The position numbers and the translations under genes were made by a program. The notes beneath the pieces were generated by a model that did not search any database, was not told the origin of the DNA, and saw nothing but the letters and a program-made list of their open reading frames with translations. Positions 1 to 9,272 of a stretch of DNA of 64,000 nucleotides are shown in pieces. Origin of the DNA: an uncultured Chlamydiae bacterium (GTDB taxonomy: Bacteria; Chlamydiota; Chlamydiia; Chlamydiales; JAJFMB01); the NCBI GenBank assembly GCA_963697995.1, contig OY969110.1:1511404-1575403 (forward strand). Direction: 5' to 3'. Position 1 is the stretch's first letter. Every line of letters begins with the position of its first letter.

Positions 1-925
1 AGTCTGAGTCAAAAGCGAGATACACTTTTGAGATATTGAGTTTTTTAAGTTCAATCACATGCCCTTCGGTAAACGCAGTTCCTTGGCTTGCCACGGTAAA
101 AGTAAATCCCGCATCGATTAACCTGAGGGTGTCGATCTGCCCTTCGACGATTAAGACTTTTCTTAATGTTGCAATCTGTTTTCTGCAAAAATTGAGACCA
201 AAAAGGACGCGCGATTTTTTAAAGAGGGGTGTTTCTCTTGTGTTGATGTATTTGCCCCCAAAAGTCTCTTCCTTGTATTTTCTTGCCGAGAAGCCGATGA
301 TTTGGTGGGAGGCTTCCTGAATCGGGAACATGATCCTATCGGAGAAAAAATCGCGCTTGGAAGGGGAGAGAAGCCCTGCTTCTTCGAGCACCTCATCGCT
401 GATTTTTTTCTCCTTCATAAATTCCCTAAAAAGGGTGGAGTGTTTTGGGGAGAGGCCGATCCTATATTTTTTGATAAAGTCTAAAGTAAAACCTCTGGAA
501 ATGAGGTAGTTAATCGCCTCTTGCCCCTCTTTTGTGTAGAGAAGGATGAACTCATATAAGCGGCAAGCCTCTTCAAGCGCCTCTTTTAAGAGTTGTTTGC
601 TCGGTCCCAAATACTTTTGGTGATCTTCGACCACTTCGAGATGGACTCCAAACTTTTGGGCAAGTAGTTCAACGGCCTGGTGGAAGCTTAATTTTTGCGA
701 CTGCATGAGAAACTGGATCCCATCGCCGTGAGCGCCACACCCAAAGCAGTGGTAATGTGCCTCCCCTCTTTGCACGGTGAAGGAGGCTGTTTTTTCATCG
801 TGAAATGGGCAAAGAGCTTTATAGCTTGTGCCCGCAGGTTTTAAGTCGACATAAGGGGTGAGCAGTTGAACTAAGTCAACTCTTTGCCTTAAACGTTCCA
901 GACTGTCTTTTTGATAGAGGACCAT
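1..925 (-). CDS. dnaG: DNA primase DnaG, N-terminal ~308 codons (gene runs off the window start)
   Basis: Absent from the ORF track because it is open at the window edge. My translation from ATG (925-923) gives MVLYQKDSLERLRQRVDLVQLLTPYVDLKPAGTSYKALCPFHDEKTASFTV..HYHCFGCGAHGD, a CHC2 zinc finger. A TOPRIM-type motif VLIVEGQIDTLRL follows later. Confidence 0.85.
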   Translation of the reverse strand, partial: MVLYQKDSLERLRQRVDLVQLLTPYVDLKPAGTSYKALCPFHDEKTASFTVQRGEAHYHCFGCGAHGDGIQFLMQSQKLSFHQAVELLAQKFGVHLEVVEDHQKYLGPSKQLLKEALEEACRLYEFILLYTKEGQEAINYLISRGFTLDFIKKYRIGLSPKHSTLFREFMKEKKISDEVLEEAGLLSPSKRDFFSDRIMFPIQEASHQIIGFSARKYKEETFGGKYINTRETPLFKKSRVLFGLNFCRKQIATLRKVLIVEGQIDTLRLIDAGFTFTVASQGTAFTEGHVIELKKLNISKVYLAFDSD

Positions 926-1020
926 AACAGATCGACTCTACCAAATTAGGTGATTATTTTCTATGGGTTGATTGAAATCAGCTTTTTGGATATCTTTCGT
1001 GCTTACTTAAGGTGACACTC

Positions 1021-1431
1021 ATGAAAAAAATCGTTTTAACGCGGCATGCAAAACCTGACTACTCCTCATCTTTAACCGATTCTGAGTTAAAAATTAGCGA
1101 TCAGGGGCGAAAAGAGCAGAGTGCCATGATCGAGCGTTTAAGATTCGAGGGGATTTTTCCTAACCTTATCTACCACTCCCCCTTAAAAAGGACAGCTGAG
1201 ACGGCAGAGCTTATTGCCGAAGCGTTTGAGTGCCCTCTTTTGGAGGAGCCAGCGCTATTTGAGTTTGACTTTGAGAAACTTCTTTTGTTGATTGAGGCAG
1301 CATCCGACGGGGAGTGTCTTGTCTTTGTGGGGCATGCGCCTAGTTTGAGGGAATTTTACAGCTTGTTGACAAAAGAAAGAGGGGGGAACATCTCTTTTGG
1401 CATGAGTAGCTATAAAGTGATTGAGATATAA
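1021..1431 (+). CDS. Histidine phosphatase superfamily protein, SixA-like phosphohistidine phosphatase
   Basis: N-terminal LTRHAK (RHG-type catalytic motif), HSPLKRTAETAE and C-terminal VGHAPSL. The size (~136 aa) is typical of SixA. ATG at 1021 is preferred over GTG at 1012. Confidence 0.6.
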   Translation: MKKIVLTRHAKPDYSSSLTDSELKISDQGRKEQSAMIERLRFEGIFPNLIYHSPLKRTAETAELIAEAFECPLLEEPALFEFDFEKLLLLIEAASDGECLVFVGHAPSLREFYSLLTKERGGNISFGMSSYKVIEI

Positions 1432-1573
1432 ACCCCAATCCACCCCGATTTTAGAGTTTTTACTCCAGAAAACTAATCAATACTCACTTGCATTAATATA
1501 TCTTTATAAATAATTAACTTGTTTTAGTTTATATATTGTAAGATAATATAGGTTATATTACAAGGAGGGGTTT

Positions 1574-2074
1574 ATGTCAGTAGGAGGTGCAACAGATGGA
1601 CCAGCTTTTAAAGGTTTATTGGATAGGGATAAAACGGCGCATTTTAAGAGAACACCATCAGCTAGTAGCAGTCTACATGTAAGTTTTTTGCCTGATGATT
1701 GTTCTTTTCCAGATGAAAAAGTTGAGCATTCAAAAGAAAATGTAAAATCAGTTTCCAAAAAGTCATTCGATTCTATTAAGAAAATGTTTAAGAAAATATC
1801 TGGAAAAGTTGACGCTATTTTTTTTAAAGCAAAACCCGTGAAAAGTGACATGAAAGTTCAAAGTGACATGAAAGTTCAAAGTGAGACGATTAACAAAGAA
1901 CACTTTGAAGTAGATGCAAGGGGAATACAGGGTGGTAATAAAGGAAAAAGTGAAGAAAATGTATTGGATATTTTTTTCACTTTGACTGATAAAGAGAGGA
2001 ATTATAAATATATAGAAAAAGATAAAGTAATAACTCAAAAAGAAGAAGAAGGGCCAGCACAACCTCACGATTGA
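1574..2074 (+). CDS. Hypothetical Lys/Ser-rich protein with an internal 18-bp tandem duplication
   Basis: Strong SD (AAGGAGG) 6 nt upstream of the ATG and an AT-rich upstream region. SDMKVQ is repeated twice (1844-1879). No recognisable domain. Confidence 0.55.
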   Translation: MSVGGATDGPAFKGLLDRDKTAHFKRTPSASSSLHVSFLPDDCSFPDEKVEHSKENVKSVSKKSFDSIKKMFKKISGKVDAIFFKAKPVKSDMKVQSDMKVQSETINKEHFEVDARGIQGGNKGKSEENVLDIFFTLTDKERNYKYIEKDKVITQKEEEGPAQPHD

Positions 2075-2169
2075 GGCTAATGGGTTAAAGAGGGGGCAAG
2101 GCTTTGAATCCGTCAAATCGCGATCAGCACGGCGTGTTTGGTTATAGGGACTCAAGTTATTATCGCATT

Positions 2170-3195
2170 ATGGCGACTTTTGTCCCCTTGAGAACCCATT
2201 CGCTTAAAAATTTTGCTGCAGATCTTTGCCTTCCAAATACCCTTTATCAAGTCTCAAAATCCGATAGAAAGATCTATACTATAGTCCCCTCTATCTTTAT
2301 CGATCTTTGCACTCTCCCCATAAGGATAGTAACCGCTCTACCTAGCATTATATGCAATCGAAATAGGGATGATGACGATGATTACTCTCCGATTTTTATT
2401 TTAAAAAATAAGATGTCCCCTCTTGTAAGCTCCATTAATGAAGTCACTAAGGTTTTAAAAGCAGGTAACCCAGGGGATTTACCAAATTCAGCAGGGATAA
2501 ATGAGGATCCGGAAGAAAAAATTAGTACAGGTCATTCAGATGATCAATCAATAATATCAGATTATCAATCAGCAATAGATGAAGATGATGGACAATCTTC
2601 TACAAAAGAGAAGGATGATGATTCCATTAGCGAACAAGAGGTGTATTATGATGCTTTTGAGGAGAAACAAATGAATAAAATTCCACCGCAAGGTGCAGTT
2701 AATCAAGAAGACCTTTTGAAAAAGTTTACTCAAGAGTTTGCTCCCTTAAAAGAGGCCATTGAAGCTAAAGATCCCATTTTTTTAGAGTTTTTTAGTGGTA
2801 TTTTATCAGATGTTTTTAAGAGAGAGGATATTGTCTCAGTAGAGGTCAAAAAAGATTCTGAGTTGGGCAGTATGATCAAGTTGGTTTTAAAGGAGCCCAT
2901 CGAAGTGACGGGAGGTATGGATAAGCAAATGGGATTTTTTAAAAGACGGGCTTTCTTTACCCTTAAAATTCCCCAAACACTTCAAATGAGCTTTGGTAAC
3001 GATCGATCGTTAAATTTTTATACTCCACTTGACTTAACCGTCGCCGTTCTCGGTATCTCAGCACAAGCCCTTGTCTCTAAGCTTGATGTGAATCTAAGTG
3101 AAGACAAACCTTTTTTTGATTATGAATCCTCAGTTCAAAATTCTGTTTTTAACAATAGCGAGCTTTTAACGCTTGCTGTAGTAAGAAATAAATAA
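2170..3195 (+). CDS. Hypothetical protein, paralog A of a tandem pair (effector candidate)
   Basis: Shares IVPSIFIDLCTLPIRIVTALPSII and FAPLKEAIEAKDPIFLEFFSGILSDVFKREDIVSVEV blocks with the next gene. The linker is acidic and Ser-rich. ATG at 2170 is preferred to the upstream TTG at 2104. Confidence 0.6.
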   Translation: MATFVPLRTHSLKNFAADLCLPNTLYQVSKSDRKIYTIVPSIFIDLCTLPIRIVTALPSIICNRNRDDDDDYSPIFILKNKMSPLVSSINEVTKVLKAGNPGDLPNSAGINEDPEEKISTGHSDDQSIISDYQSAIDEDDGQSSTKEKDDDSISEQEVYYDAFEEKQMNKIPPQGAVNQEDLLKKFTQEFAPLKEAIEAKDPIFLEFFSGILSDVFKREDIVSVEVKKDSELGSMIKLVLKEPIEVTGGMDKQMGFFKRRAFFTLKIPQTLQMSFGNDRSLNFYTPLDLTVAVLGISAQALVSKLDVNLSEDKPFFDYESSVQNSVFNNSELLTLAVVRNK

Positions 3196-3268
3196 TCAAA
3201 TAATAAATATATTGTAAAAAAATTAAAAAAGTATTAAAATCCCTTTTTTAAAAGGTGTTTTTTACTTT

Positions 3269-4159
3269 ATGAGTCAAGTTTCTTCTTTGTTACCTGAATA
3301 TTCTTTAATTTTTGATACTCTCTTTCCAAAAACAGAGAATTTGAGAGGGTTTGTTGTTTCCCTTTTTTGTCCCAATACTTCAAAAGTAAAAATTAGGAAA
3401 ATTGTAACGATTGTTGTACCTTTATTCTTAGATCTTATGACGCTACCTCTTCGCTTGACGACAGCAGTACCTAAATTTATTTTCGACAGGTGGAGAAGAT
3501 CTATTTCTTATTCGATTCCTTTTCCACGAAAACCAACAGAACCGACGAAACCCTTAAATCAGCAATCTTCATCAGCGGAAAATTCTGGATTAGATGATAA
3601 TGAGGAGGATGAGTTTCTCTCTGCTAAGTCAAGTGAGGAAAATTTTGAGGGTGATCTGTTTTTTGAATGTACAAATTTACAAACAATAGCCACTTGTTTT
3701 GCGCCTTTAAGATATAAAATTGGAAATGAGAGTCCTGCTCTTTTATCTTTTTTTGATATCATCTTACCCTTAGCATTTAAGGAAGAGTCTATTGAGAGTG
3801 TCGTAGAAAATGGGGACAGTTTTACTATAAATTTTAAAGAAAGATTTTCTGTTCAAGGGAAAATCAATAAGACGATCCATGGCTTTAAAAAAGAGATCGA
3901 CTTTGAAATTGGAATGCCGAAAGAGCTAAAGGTGACGCATCTTAAAGAACATCAATTGAAGTTTGATCCCCCAATCGATTTTGATGTAAGGGGATGCTTT
4001 ATTTCTACTCAATCAAAAGTGAAAGAGCTTCAGTTTAAGTTTAATAGTCAGAACGATCGTGAAGATATCGTTTATATGGAGTATAATTCGTCTCAATACT
4101 CTTCTAAATTGCACTACGACGAGCTTTTGAGTATTAAACTTGCTTCTCCCCGCTTTTAG
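3269..4159 (+). CDS. Hypothetical protein, paralog B of the tandem pair
   Basis: IVVPLFLDLMTLPLRLTTAVPKFI and FAPLRYKIGNESPALLSFFDIILPLAFKEESIESVVE align to the preceding gene. The architecture is the same: hydrophobic segment, acidic linker, C-terminal domain. Confidence 0.6.
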   Translation: MSQVSSLLPEYSLIFDTLFPKTENLRGFVVSLFCPNTSKVKIRKIVTIVVPLFLDLMTLPLRLTTAVPKFIFDRWRRSISYSIPFPRKPTEPTKPLNQQSSSAENSGLDDNEEDEFLSAKSSEENFEGDLFFECTNLQTIATCFAPLRYKIGNESPALLSFFDIILPLAFKEESIESVVENGDSFTINFKERFSVQGKINKTIHGFKKEIDFEIGMPKELKVTHLKEHQLKFDPPIDFDVRGCFISTQSKVKELQFKFNSQNDREDIVYMEYNSSQYSSKLHYDELLSIKLASPRF

Positions 4160-4178
4160 TTACGGGGAGATTCAAGAG

Positions 4179-4991
4179 TTAAAGCGAACTGATGCTTTTA
4201 AGGGAGTAGGAAGCTACGTAAGGAGTAAATCCTTGCGCTTTTTGCTTTTTAGCTATCTCTTTCATAAAGCTTTTATCATTCTCTTTCCAGTAATCAAGAG
4301 TCCAAATGGAAAGATGGGGAAAGCTTTTTTTCACGTTTTTAAGTTGCATCACTAACTGTTTCTGTTCTGTTTCCGGGACCATTTCATACTCATTTGAGGA
4401 AAAGTTAAAGCGGCTTAAGACATCCTCTGCGAGGATACAGGAGACTAAATCGCCAAGCTCGTCGACTAGGTCAAGGCCTCTGTTTAAGACGATGGGGGTG
4501 TTGGGGTAGCGGTTTCTTATCGCTTCGACTAAGTCGATTGCCGCTTCTCTCATTCCTTTAAATGAGATCGGGTCATTAGCTTCTAAGTAAAGGGCGTGGT
4601 CTAAAGTGTCTAATAGCAACCCTTGAAACCCTTGCTCGAGAAGTTTTGGAATCACTTGGTTCACTAAAAAGCGGTGCCATTTTTTTTCCCGAATATCGAC
4701 AAACCAGCTGCCGGGAAAGTTATTTTGTTCGTGTAACAGAAGGGAGCGGTCTCTCACGGTTTCAAAATACCATCTGCTCTCTGAAACTTCTCCTAAACTC
4801 AAATAAGCAAACGGCTTCACGCCATTCTCTAAAAGGGGTTTTAAAGAGGGATGCGCTTCGGGATCCAAAAGAAGGTGGTCGAATGCGGGAAGTGTCTCAA
4901 AATCTCTTTTTGAGTAGTAAGCGGCAAAACTGCCTTGAGTGGACTCAAGAGCCATAGTTGAAAAAAGAAGAAAAAAAGCGAAACGTTTCAT
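4179..4991 (-). CDS. Secreted TIM-barrel protein, GH114 / TM1410-like putative glycoside hydrolase
   Basis: Signal peptide MKRFAFFLLFSTMALESTQG. YLSLGEVSESRWYF, FPGSWFVDIREKKW and GFQGLLLDTLDHALYL resemble GH114/TM1410-family blocks as I remember them. Confidence 0.5.
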   Translation of the reverse strand: MKRFAFFLLFSTMALESTQGSFAAYYSKRDFETLPAFDHLLLDPEAHPSLKPLLENGVKPFAYLSLGEVSESRWYFETVRDRSLLLHEQNNFPGSWFVDIREKKWHRFLVNQVIPKLLEQGFQGLLLDTLDHALYLEANDPISFKGMREAAIDLVEAIRNRYPNTPIVLNRGLDLVDELGDLVSCILAEDVLSRFNFSSNEYEMVPETEQKQLVMQLKNVKKSFPHLSIWTLDYWKENDKSFMKEIAKKQKAQGFTPYVASYSLKSISSL

Positions 4992-5246
4992 TGAAAAACA
5001 CCTTTGTTATCAAAGACTCATTTTACGCTATGAGCCCCTCTAGAGTCAAGAATTTAGTACAAAAATAAAATATTTTTTATGTATTAACTTTTTAGATGAG
5101 TATTAGAGTTCTTTCGAAATTCGCGCTTGAGGTATCTTCAATGCCCTTTTTAATGCTTTAAGGTTATCGATCAATCGAAACAAAACGCGGAAGGCTAAGG
5201 AGTTCCGTCGATTGAGGTCATAAGATCTGAGCACTGCAAGGGAAAT

Positions 5247-6887
5247 TTAAACGTAAACTTTCTTGAAGCGATTTAGGAAAGAAAGCAGTGTAAATGACCC
5301 TAAAATACCCACTGGAAGGCAGATCCACAAAGCAGTTGTTTCCTTAACAAATAGAGTTAAAGTGCCAAGGAGCAAAAAGGTGAATCCCGTGGCAAAAATG
5401 ACGGGAACGGCGTAAGTCATTTGTGTTCTCACATGGTCGATGTGGTCAGCTCCTGTGCTAGTGGCTGACATCACCGTTGTGTCAGATATCGGGGAAATAT
5501 GGTCGCCTGCTACGCATCCGGATAAAACGGCTCCAAGGATAGGAAAGAAGAGGGGAATTGAGTCGAGGGTGACTGGGGTGACTTGCTCCGTGAGAGAAAC
5601 TGTCATCGGAATTGCTATCGGGAAAAGGATAGCAGCTGTTCCCCAAGAGGTTCCAATGGAGATCGCAATCAGGCTTGCTGCTGTAAAAAAGAGAAGGGGA
5701 AGAAGAAACTCTGGGACACTTCGAAGCATATGGTGCGCCAGGTAATCTCCTGAATGGAGGTCGTTTCTTAAAATGTCTCCCAAGCTCCAGGCAAGAAGAA
5801 GAATAATGATTGCGGGAAGCATGAGTTTGGTCCCCTCTAAAAAGAGCTCCGGTAGTTCCCGAAGTTCAACTTTTCCTCTCCATAGATAAAAGCAAGTGGT
5901 AAGAAATAAAGCTAAAAGACCCCCAGTAAAAAGAGCCGTTGCGGCAGAGGAGTGTTGAAGGGCTTCAAGGCAGCTCCTTGAACCACAGAAAATGTTAGCT
6001 TCCCCTGAGTAGAGAAGCCCTAATATCACAGAACCAAGAAGTATTGTGATGGGAATTGCGAAGTCTAATAGAGACGCTTTGTCTTTGTTTTTGTCGTGTG
6101 GGTCTCTAAATTTCTTTTGAGATGGCGAGGCTTTCCCAAAAAGATTACCCGTTTTTTTGGCAATTAACTCCTGTTCTTGCATCAGTCCAAAAGAGATCCT
6201 TCTTCTGACGATATAAAAAGAGCTCAACACCATGATAAAAGAGTAGAGGATGTAGGGGATCATGTTGAGGTAGACAGAGAGAGGAGAGCTTAAGATCAGC
6301 GTGTTCGCTTGGGCCTCTGCTGAGACGCCGTTTTCTCTTAAAAAGCCGATAATTGCAGCGACCCAGCTTGAAAAAGGGCAAAGAATCGCAAGAGGAGCTG
6401 CCATTGAATCGACAAGGAAGGCCAGTTTTACTCTTGGAACTTTTCTTTCATCGGTTAAAGGATGCATTACCGAACCCACCGTTAAGCTGCTAAAATAGTC
6501 GTCCATAAAAAGCATGAGAGACAACATTAAAGAGGAGGTTTCAGCTCCTTTTGCATCGTGGATATATTTTCCAGCTGTTCTTCCGTAAGCGTAAGCCCCA
6601 CCAGAGTGACGGATAAGGGTCACAAAAATTCCTAAAACAATCAGAAAAATACAGATAAACGAGTTCCAACTTTCCCAAAAATGGGTTGGTGAAAAAAAAG
6701 TGGTGAGGTCGAGGTTATCCCAAACTCTTGTTCCTATAAGTTGAACGGTTTCAAGAGGTGAGCCGTTTGTTGCAATAAAAGCGCCCGTTGCGATTCCAAC
6801 AAGAAGGGAGAGCCAGATGTTTCTTGTCGCATATCCCAAAATGAGAACTATGATGGGGGGAAGTAATGAAAGGTAGGAATGAGACAT
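5247..6887 (-). CDS. nhaC: Na+/H+ antiporter, NhaC family
   Basis: 546-aa polytopic membrane protein. The N-terminus SLLPPIIVLILGYATRNIWLSLLVGI is typical of NhaC-family transporters. Confidence 0.75.
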   Translation of the reverse strand: MSHSYLSLLPPIIVLILGYATRNIWLSLLVGIATGAFIATNGSPLETVQLIGTRVWDNLDLTTFFSPTHFWESWNSFICIFLIVLGIFVTLIRHSGGAYAYGRTAGKYIHDAKGAETSSLMLSLMLFMDDYFSSLTVGSVMHPLTDERKVPRVKLAFLVDSMAAPLAILCPFSSWVAAIIGFLRENGVSAEAQANTLILSSPLSVYLNMIPYILYSFIMVLSSFYIVRRRISFGLMQEQELIAKKTGNLFGKASPSQKKFRDPHDKNKDKASLLDFAIPITILLGSVILGLLYSGEANIFCGSRSCLEALQHSSAATALFTGGLLALFLTTCFYLWRGKVELRELPELFLEGTKLMLPAIIILLLAWSLGDILRNDLHSGDYLAHHMLRSVPEFLLPLLFFTAASLIAISIGTSWGTAAILFPIAIPMTVSLTEQVTPVTLDSIPLFFPILGAVLSGCVAGDHISPISDTTVMSATSTGADHIDHVRTQMTYAVPVIFATGFTFLLLGTLTLFVKETTALWICLPVGILGSFTLLSFLNRFKKVYV

Positions 6888-6955
6888 GCACTTTTCTATT
6901 TTTTTTAATCTATTTTAAGATAATCTCCCTTTTAATCCCAGTAAAAAAATAGTGT

Positions 6956-7891
6956 TTAAACAGGGATTGCTCCACTCTTTTTTTTGTAAGAGAGTTCAAG
7001 CTCTTCTTCAGAGAAAAGGTAAAGGGCTACAAAAACTACAATAAATGAGAGGTAAAAAGAAGAAGGAACTGCTTCTGCTAAAAAAAGTTTACCAAAAAGA
7101 GGGGTAAAGAGTTGAGTGATGAATCCGGCAAAAGACATAAAAGTTGCAGAAAATTTTTTGAGCAAAAACCCGTAAAGGTTGTAGCAAACAAAATTAGAGA
7201 TGATCACCATGAGAAGGGAGTAAAAAAGAAAAATGTTTAAATTAATGATAGGTGAGGGGATCCAGTTTTCTGAAAAATAGGAGTGGATAAAGGCAAAGAA
7301 TGCTCCTAAAATCATGCTCACTCCGTTTGCGACAAAAAAAGGACACTCCATGTCATCGATCAGTTGCTTTAGGACAATCCAGCCGTAAACGCTACTGATC
7401 ATCGCAATGAACATCGCAATTTCCGGAGCGGATAAAAGGAAAAGGGAGGCCGATTCCCTCTCAATGGCTGTTTTTTGGAGTAAAAGAGGAATGATCCCTA
7501 AAAATCCGATGACTAGGCCAAAAAACTTTTTGATTGAAAGGCGCTCTGAAAAAATAAAGTAGGACAAAACCGCTGCGCTAAAAGGGGAGAGGGAGTAGAT
7601 AAACGAGGTTTTGAAAGCGGGCATTCGAGAAAGGGCCCAAGCTTCTAACCCATTGGTTAGGTAGATATTGAAAAATCCTAGAAGGAATAATTTCCAAAAA
7701 AATTTCTTTTCTAAATGAAACGATTTTTTTGCGAAAAAGAGATGAAACCCAAGCATTAGAAGTCCAGAAAAACCCATGCGGCAACCCATAGAAAAGAGTG
7801 GTTCAGCGTATTGCAACAAGGTTTTTTCGATGATAAAGACACTTGCAAAAAGAGCATAGAGGAAGATCACGCCAACAAAGGGTAAATTCAT
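6956..7891 (-). CDS. DMT superfamily (EamA-like) 10-TMS transporter
   Basis: Two EamA-like halves of 5 TMS each. ATG at 7891 overlaps the stop of the upstream methyltransferase (ATGA), so I prefer it to the longer ORF start at 7927. Confidence 0.7.
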   Translation of the reverse strand: MNLPFVGVIFLYALFASVFIIEKTLLQYAEPLFSMGCRMGFSGLLMLGFHLFFAKKSFHLEKKFFWKLFLLGFFNIYLTNGLEAWALSRMPAFKTSFIYSLSPFSAAVLSYFIFSERLSIKKFFGLVIGFLGIIPLLLQKTAIERESASLFLLSAPEIAMFIAMISSVYGWIVLKQLIDDMECPFFVANGVSMILGAFFAFIHSYFSENWIPSPIINLNIFLFYSLLMVIISNFVCYNLYGFLLKKFSATFMSFAGFITQLFTPLFGKLFLAEAVPSSFYLSFIVVFVALYLFSEEELELSYKKKSGAIPV

Positions 7892-8787
7892 TTTTTCCTC
7901 GCAACAACATGAAAAAGAGCGCCCCATGGGGGCGTGTCCCCTCCATAAACTTTTCTTAATTCATCTCTATCTTCTTTATGGAACCAAACCATTTCGAAGT
8001 CTTTCTCTACAAGCTCTTTCACTTCACTCTCAGTGTGGTATGTCATCGCTGTATCTTTTATGATGGGAGGACCAAAAAAATGGGTAGCAATAAGCCCTCC
8101 TTTTTTTAGTAAACCAAGTATTTTTTCCCAGCAGGGAGTAAACTCCTCTGTTGGTCTATAGGGAAGGGTGAAGCTTGCAATAAAAAGATCTACTTGTGTT
8201 TGGCTTGTGTAACTCATAAAAGGAAGATTATAGCATGTTAGGCGACTTTTTTCCTCTTCATTTTCTATACTATTTTTTAATGACGCTAGCGGATCTTTTT
8301 CAGCATCAATGGCTGTCACAAAAAAACCCTTTTTTTTTAATAGGGGAATGGTGTCCTGACCTAAGCCCGCTCCAAAATCGATCACTTGATATGGGGGGGC
8401 CTCCATGCATTTAAGCGCTGTCGCAACCGTTTCTCGTAAGCTGAGTGGTGTTTCTTTTTTTTCCTTATAGTAGTTTTGCCAATTGGTGTAGACGGGACCA
8501 AAAGGGGTTCCTTTTTCATTTGAAACCTTAAGGCCTTTACGCAAGTTACAGTTAATGATTTTAAGAAAAACTTCCTTTTGCTCAGGAGAAAGAGTCGCTT
8601 CAGAAATAATGATTTCTTTCACTTGAGTTGTTTGAACAAGATTTATAAAGGTGTTAAAAACAGTTTCACAAAACCTTTTATTCTCTTTTATTTCAATGAT
8701 TTCTTTATTAGGGGAAAAATAATCGGTGATTTCTTCAATTGTCCAAAAATCGGCAGTCTTTGTGATCGCTTTCATAGCACTTTGCAA
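7888..8787 (-). CDS. Class I SAM-dependent methyltransferase
   Basis: Motif I VIDFGAGLGQDTIPLLKKKGFFVTAIDAE, followed by post-I and motif II-like spacing. Confidence 0.7.
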   Translation of the reverse strand: MQSAMKAITKTADFWTIEEITDYFSPNKEIIEIKENKRFCETVFNTFINLVQTTQVKEIIISEATLSPEQKEVFLKIINCNLRKGLKVSNEKGTPFGPVYTNWQNYYKEKKETPLSLRETVATALKCMEAPPYQVIDFGAGLGQDTIPLLKKKGFFVTAIDAEKDPLASLKNSIENEEEKSRLTCYNLPFMSYTSQTQVDLFIASFTLPYRPTEEFTPCWEKILGLLKKGGLIATHFFGPPIIKDTAMTYHTESEVKELVEKDFEMVWFHKEDRDELRKVYGGDTPPWGALFHVVARKK

Positions 8788-8843
8788 CTAAATTTGAGGT
8801 ATTCTAGTATTGCAAGTGGTTGAAAGTCAATAGATTTTTAACC

Positions 8844-9116
8844 TTAGAACCGATTTGAAACGTATTCGTAGATCGGCCAGGTTCTTTGGCCTGGAAAGGT
8901 GCGCATTTGGTACCAGGCTCTTGGGGCATCATACGAGTAGAAACAGGAGCGTGGATAGCAGTTGTTTTGGTTTTGGCAAGTAGAAGGGCAAGGGTAGAGG
9001 AGAGCGTATCTAGAGTAGTATTTAGGAGTGCAGCAAGGAACGCCCTCTCTTTTCCTGGCCTCAAGTGGTGTGTTTATGGCCAAAATAAATAAAACAACTC
9101 CGATAAAAATCCTCAT
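8844..9116 (-). CDS. Small secreted cysteine-rich protein (90 aa)
   Basis: Signal peptide MRIFIGVVLFILAINTPLEA, then 8 Cys in 60 aa (CCTPKYY..CPSTCQNQNNCYPRSC). It is chosen over the overlapping 8804-9064 ORF, which lacks a signal peptide. Confidence 0.5.
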   Translation of the reverse strand: MRIFIGVVLFILAINTPLEARKREGVPCCTPKYYSRYALLYPCPSTCQNQNNCYPRSCFYSYDAPRAWYQMRTFPGQRTWPIYEYVSNRF

Positions 9117-9230
9117 GTTTCCCCCCCTTTTTAAGTCCCTTTTTTTCTTATGACGTATTTTTTAATAGGAGAAAACAATTTTTTTTAAGAAACTAATTTA
9201 TTGTCTTAATTGATTGATGATGAGTTCATT

Positions 9231-9258
9231 AGAAAATGGGATGCCGTTAAGGCATCCC
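9231..9258 (-). terminator. Rho-independent terminator candidate downstream of the porin gene
   Basis: GGGATGCC-gtta-GGCATCCC hairpin (9238-9258). On the minus strand it is followed by ATTTTCT. Confidence 0.45.
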
Positions 9259-9272
9259 AAAATTGATTTAAA

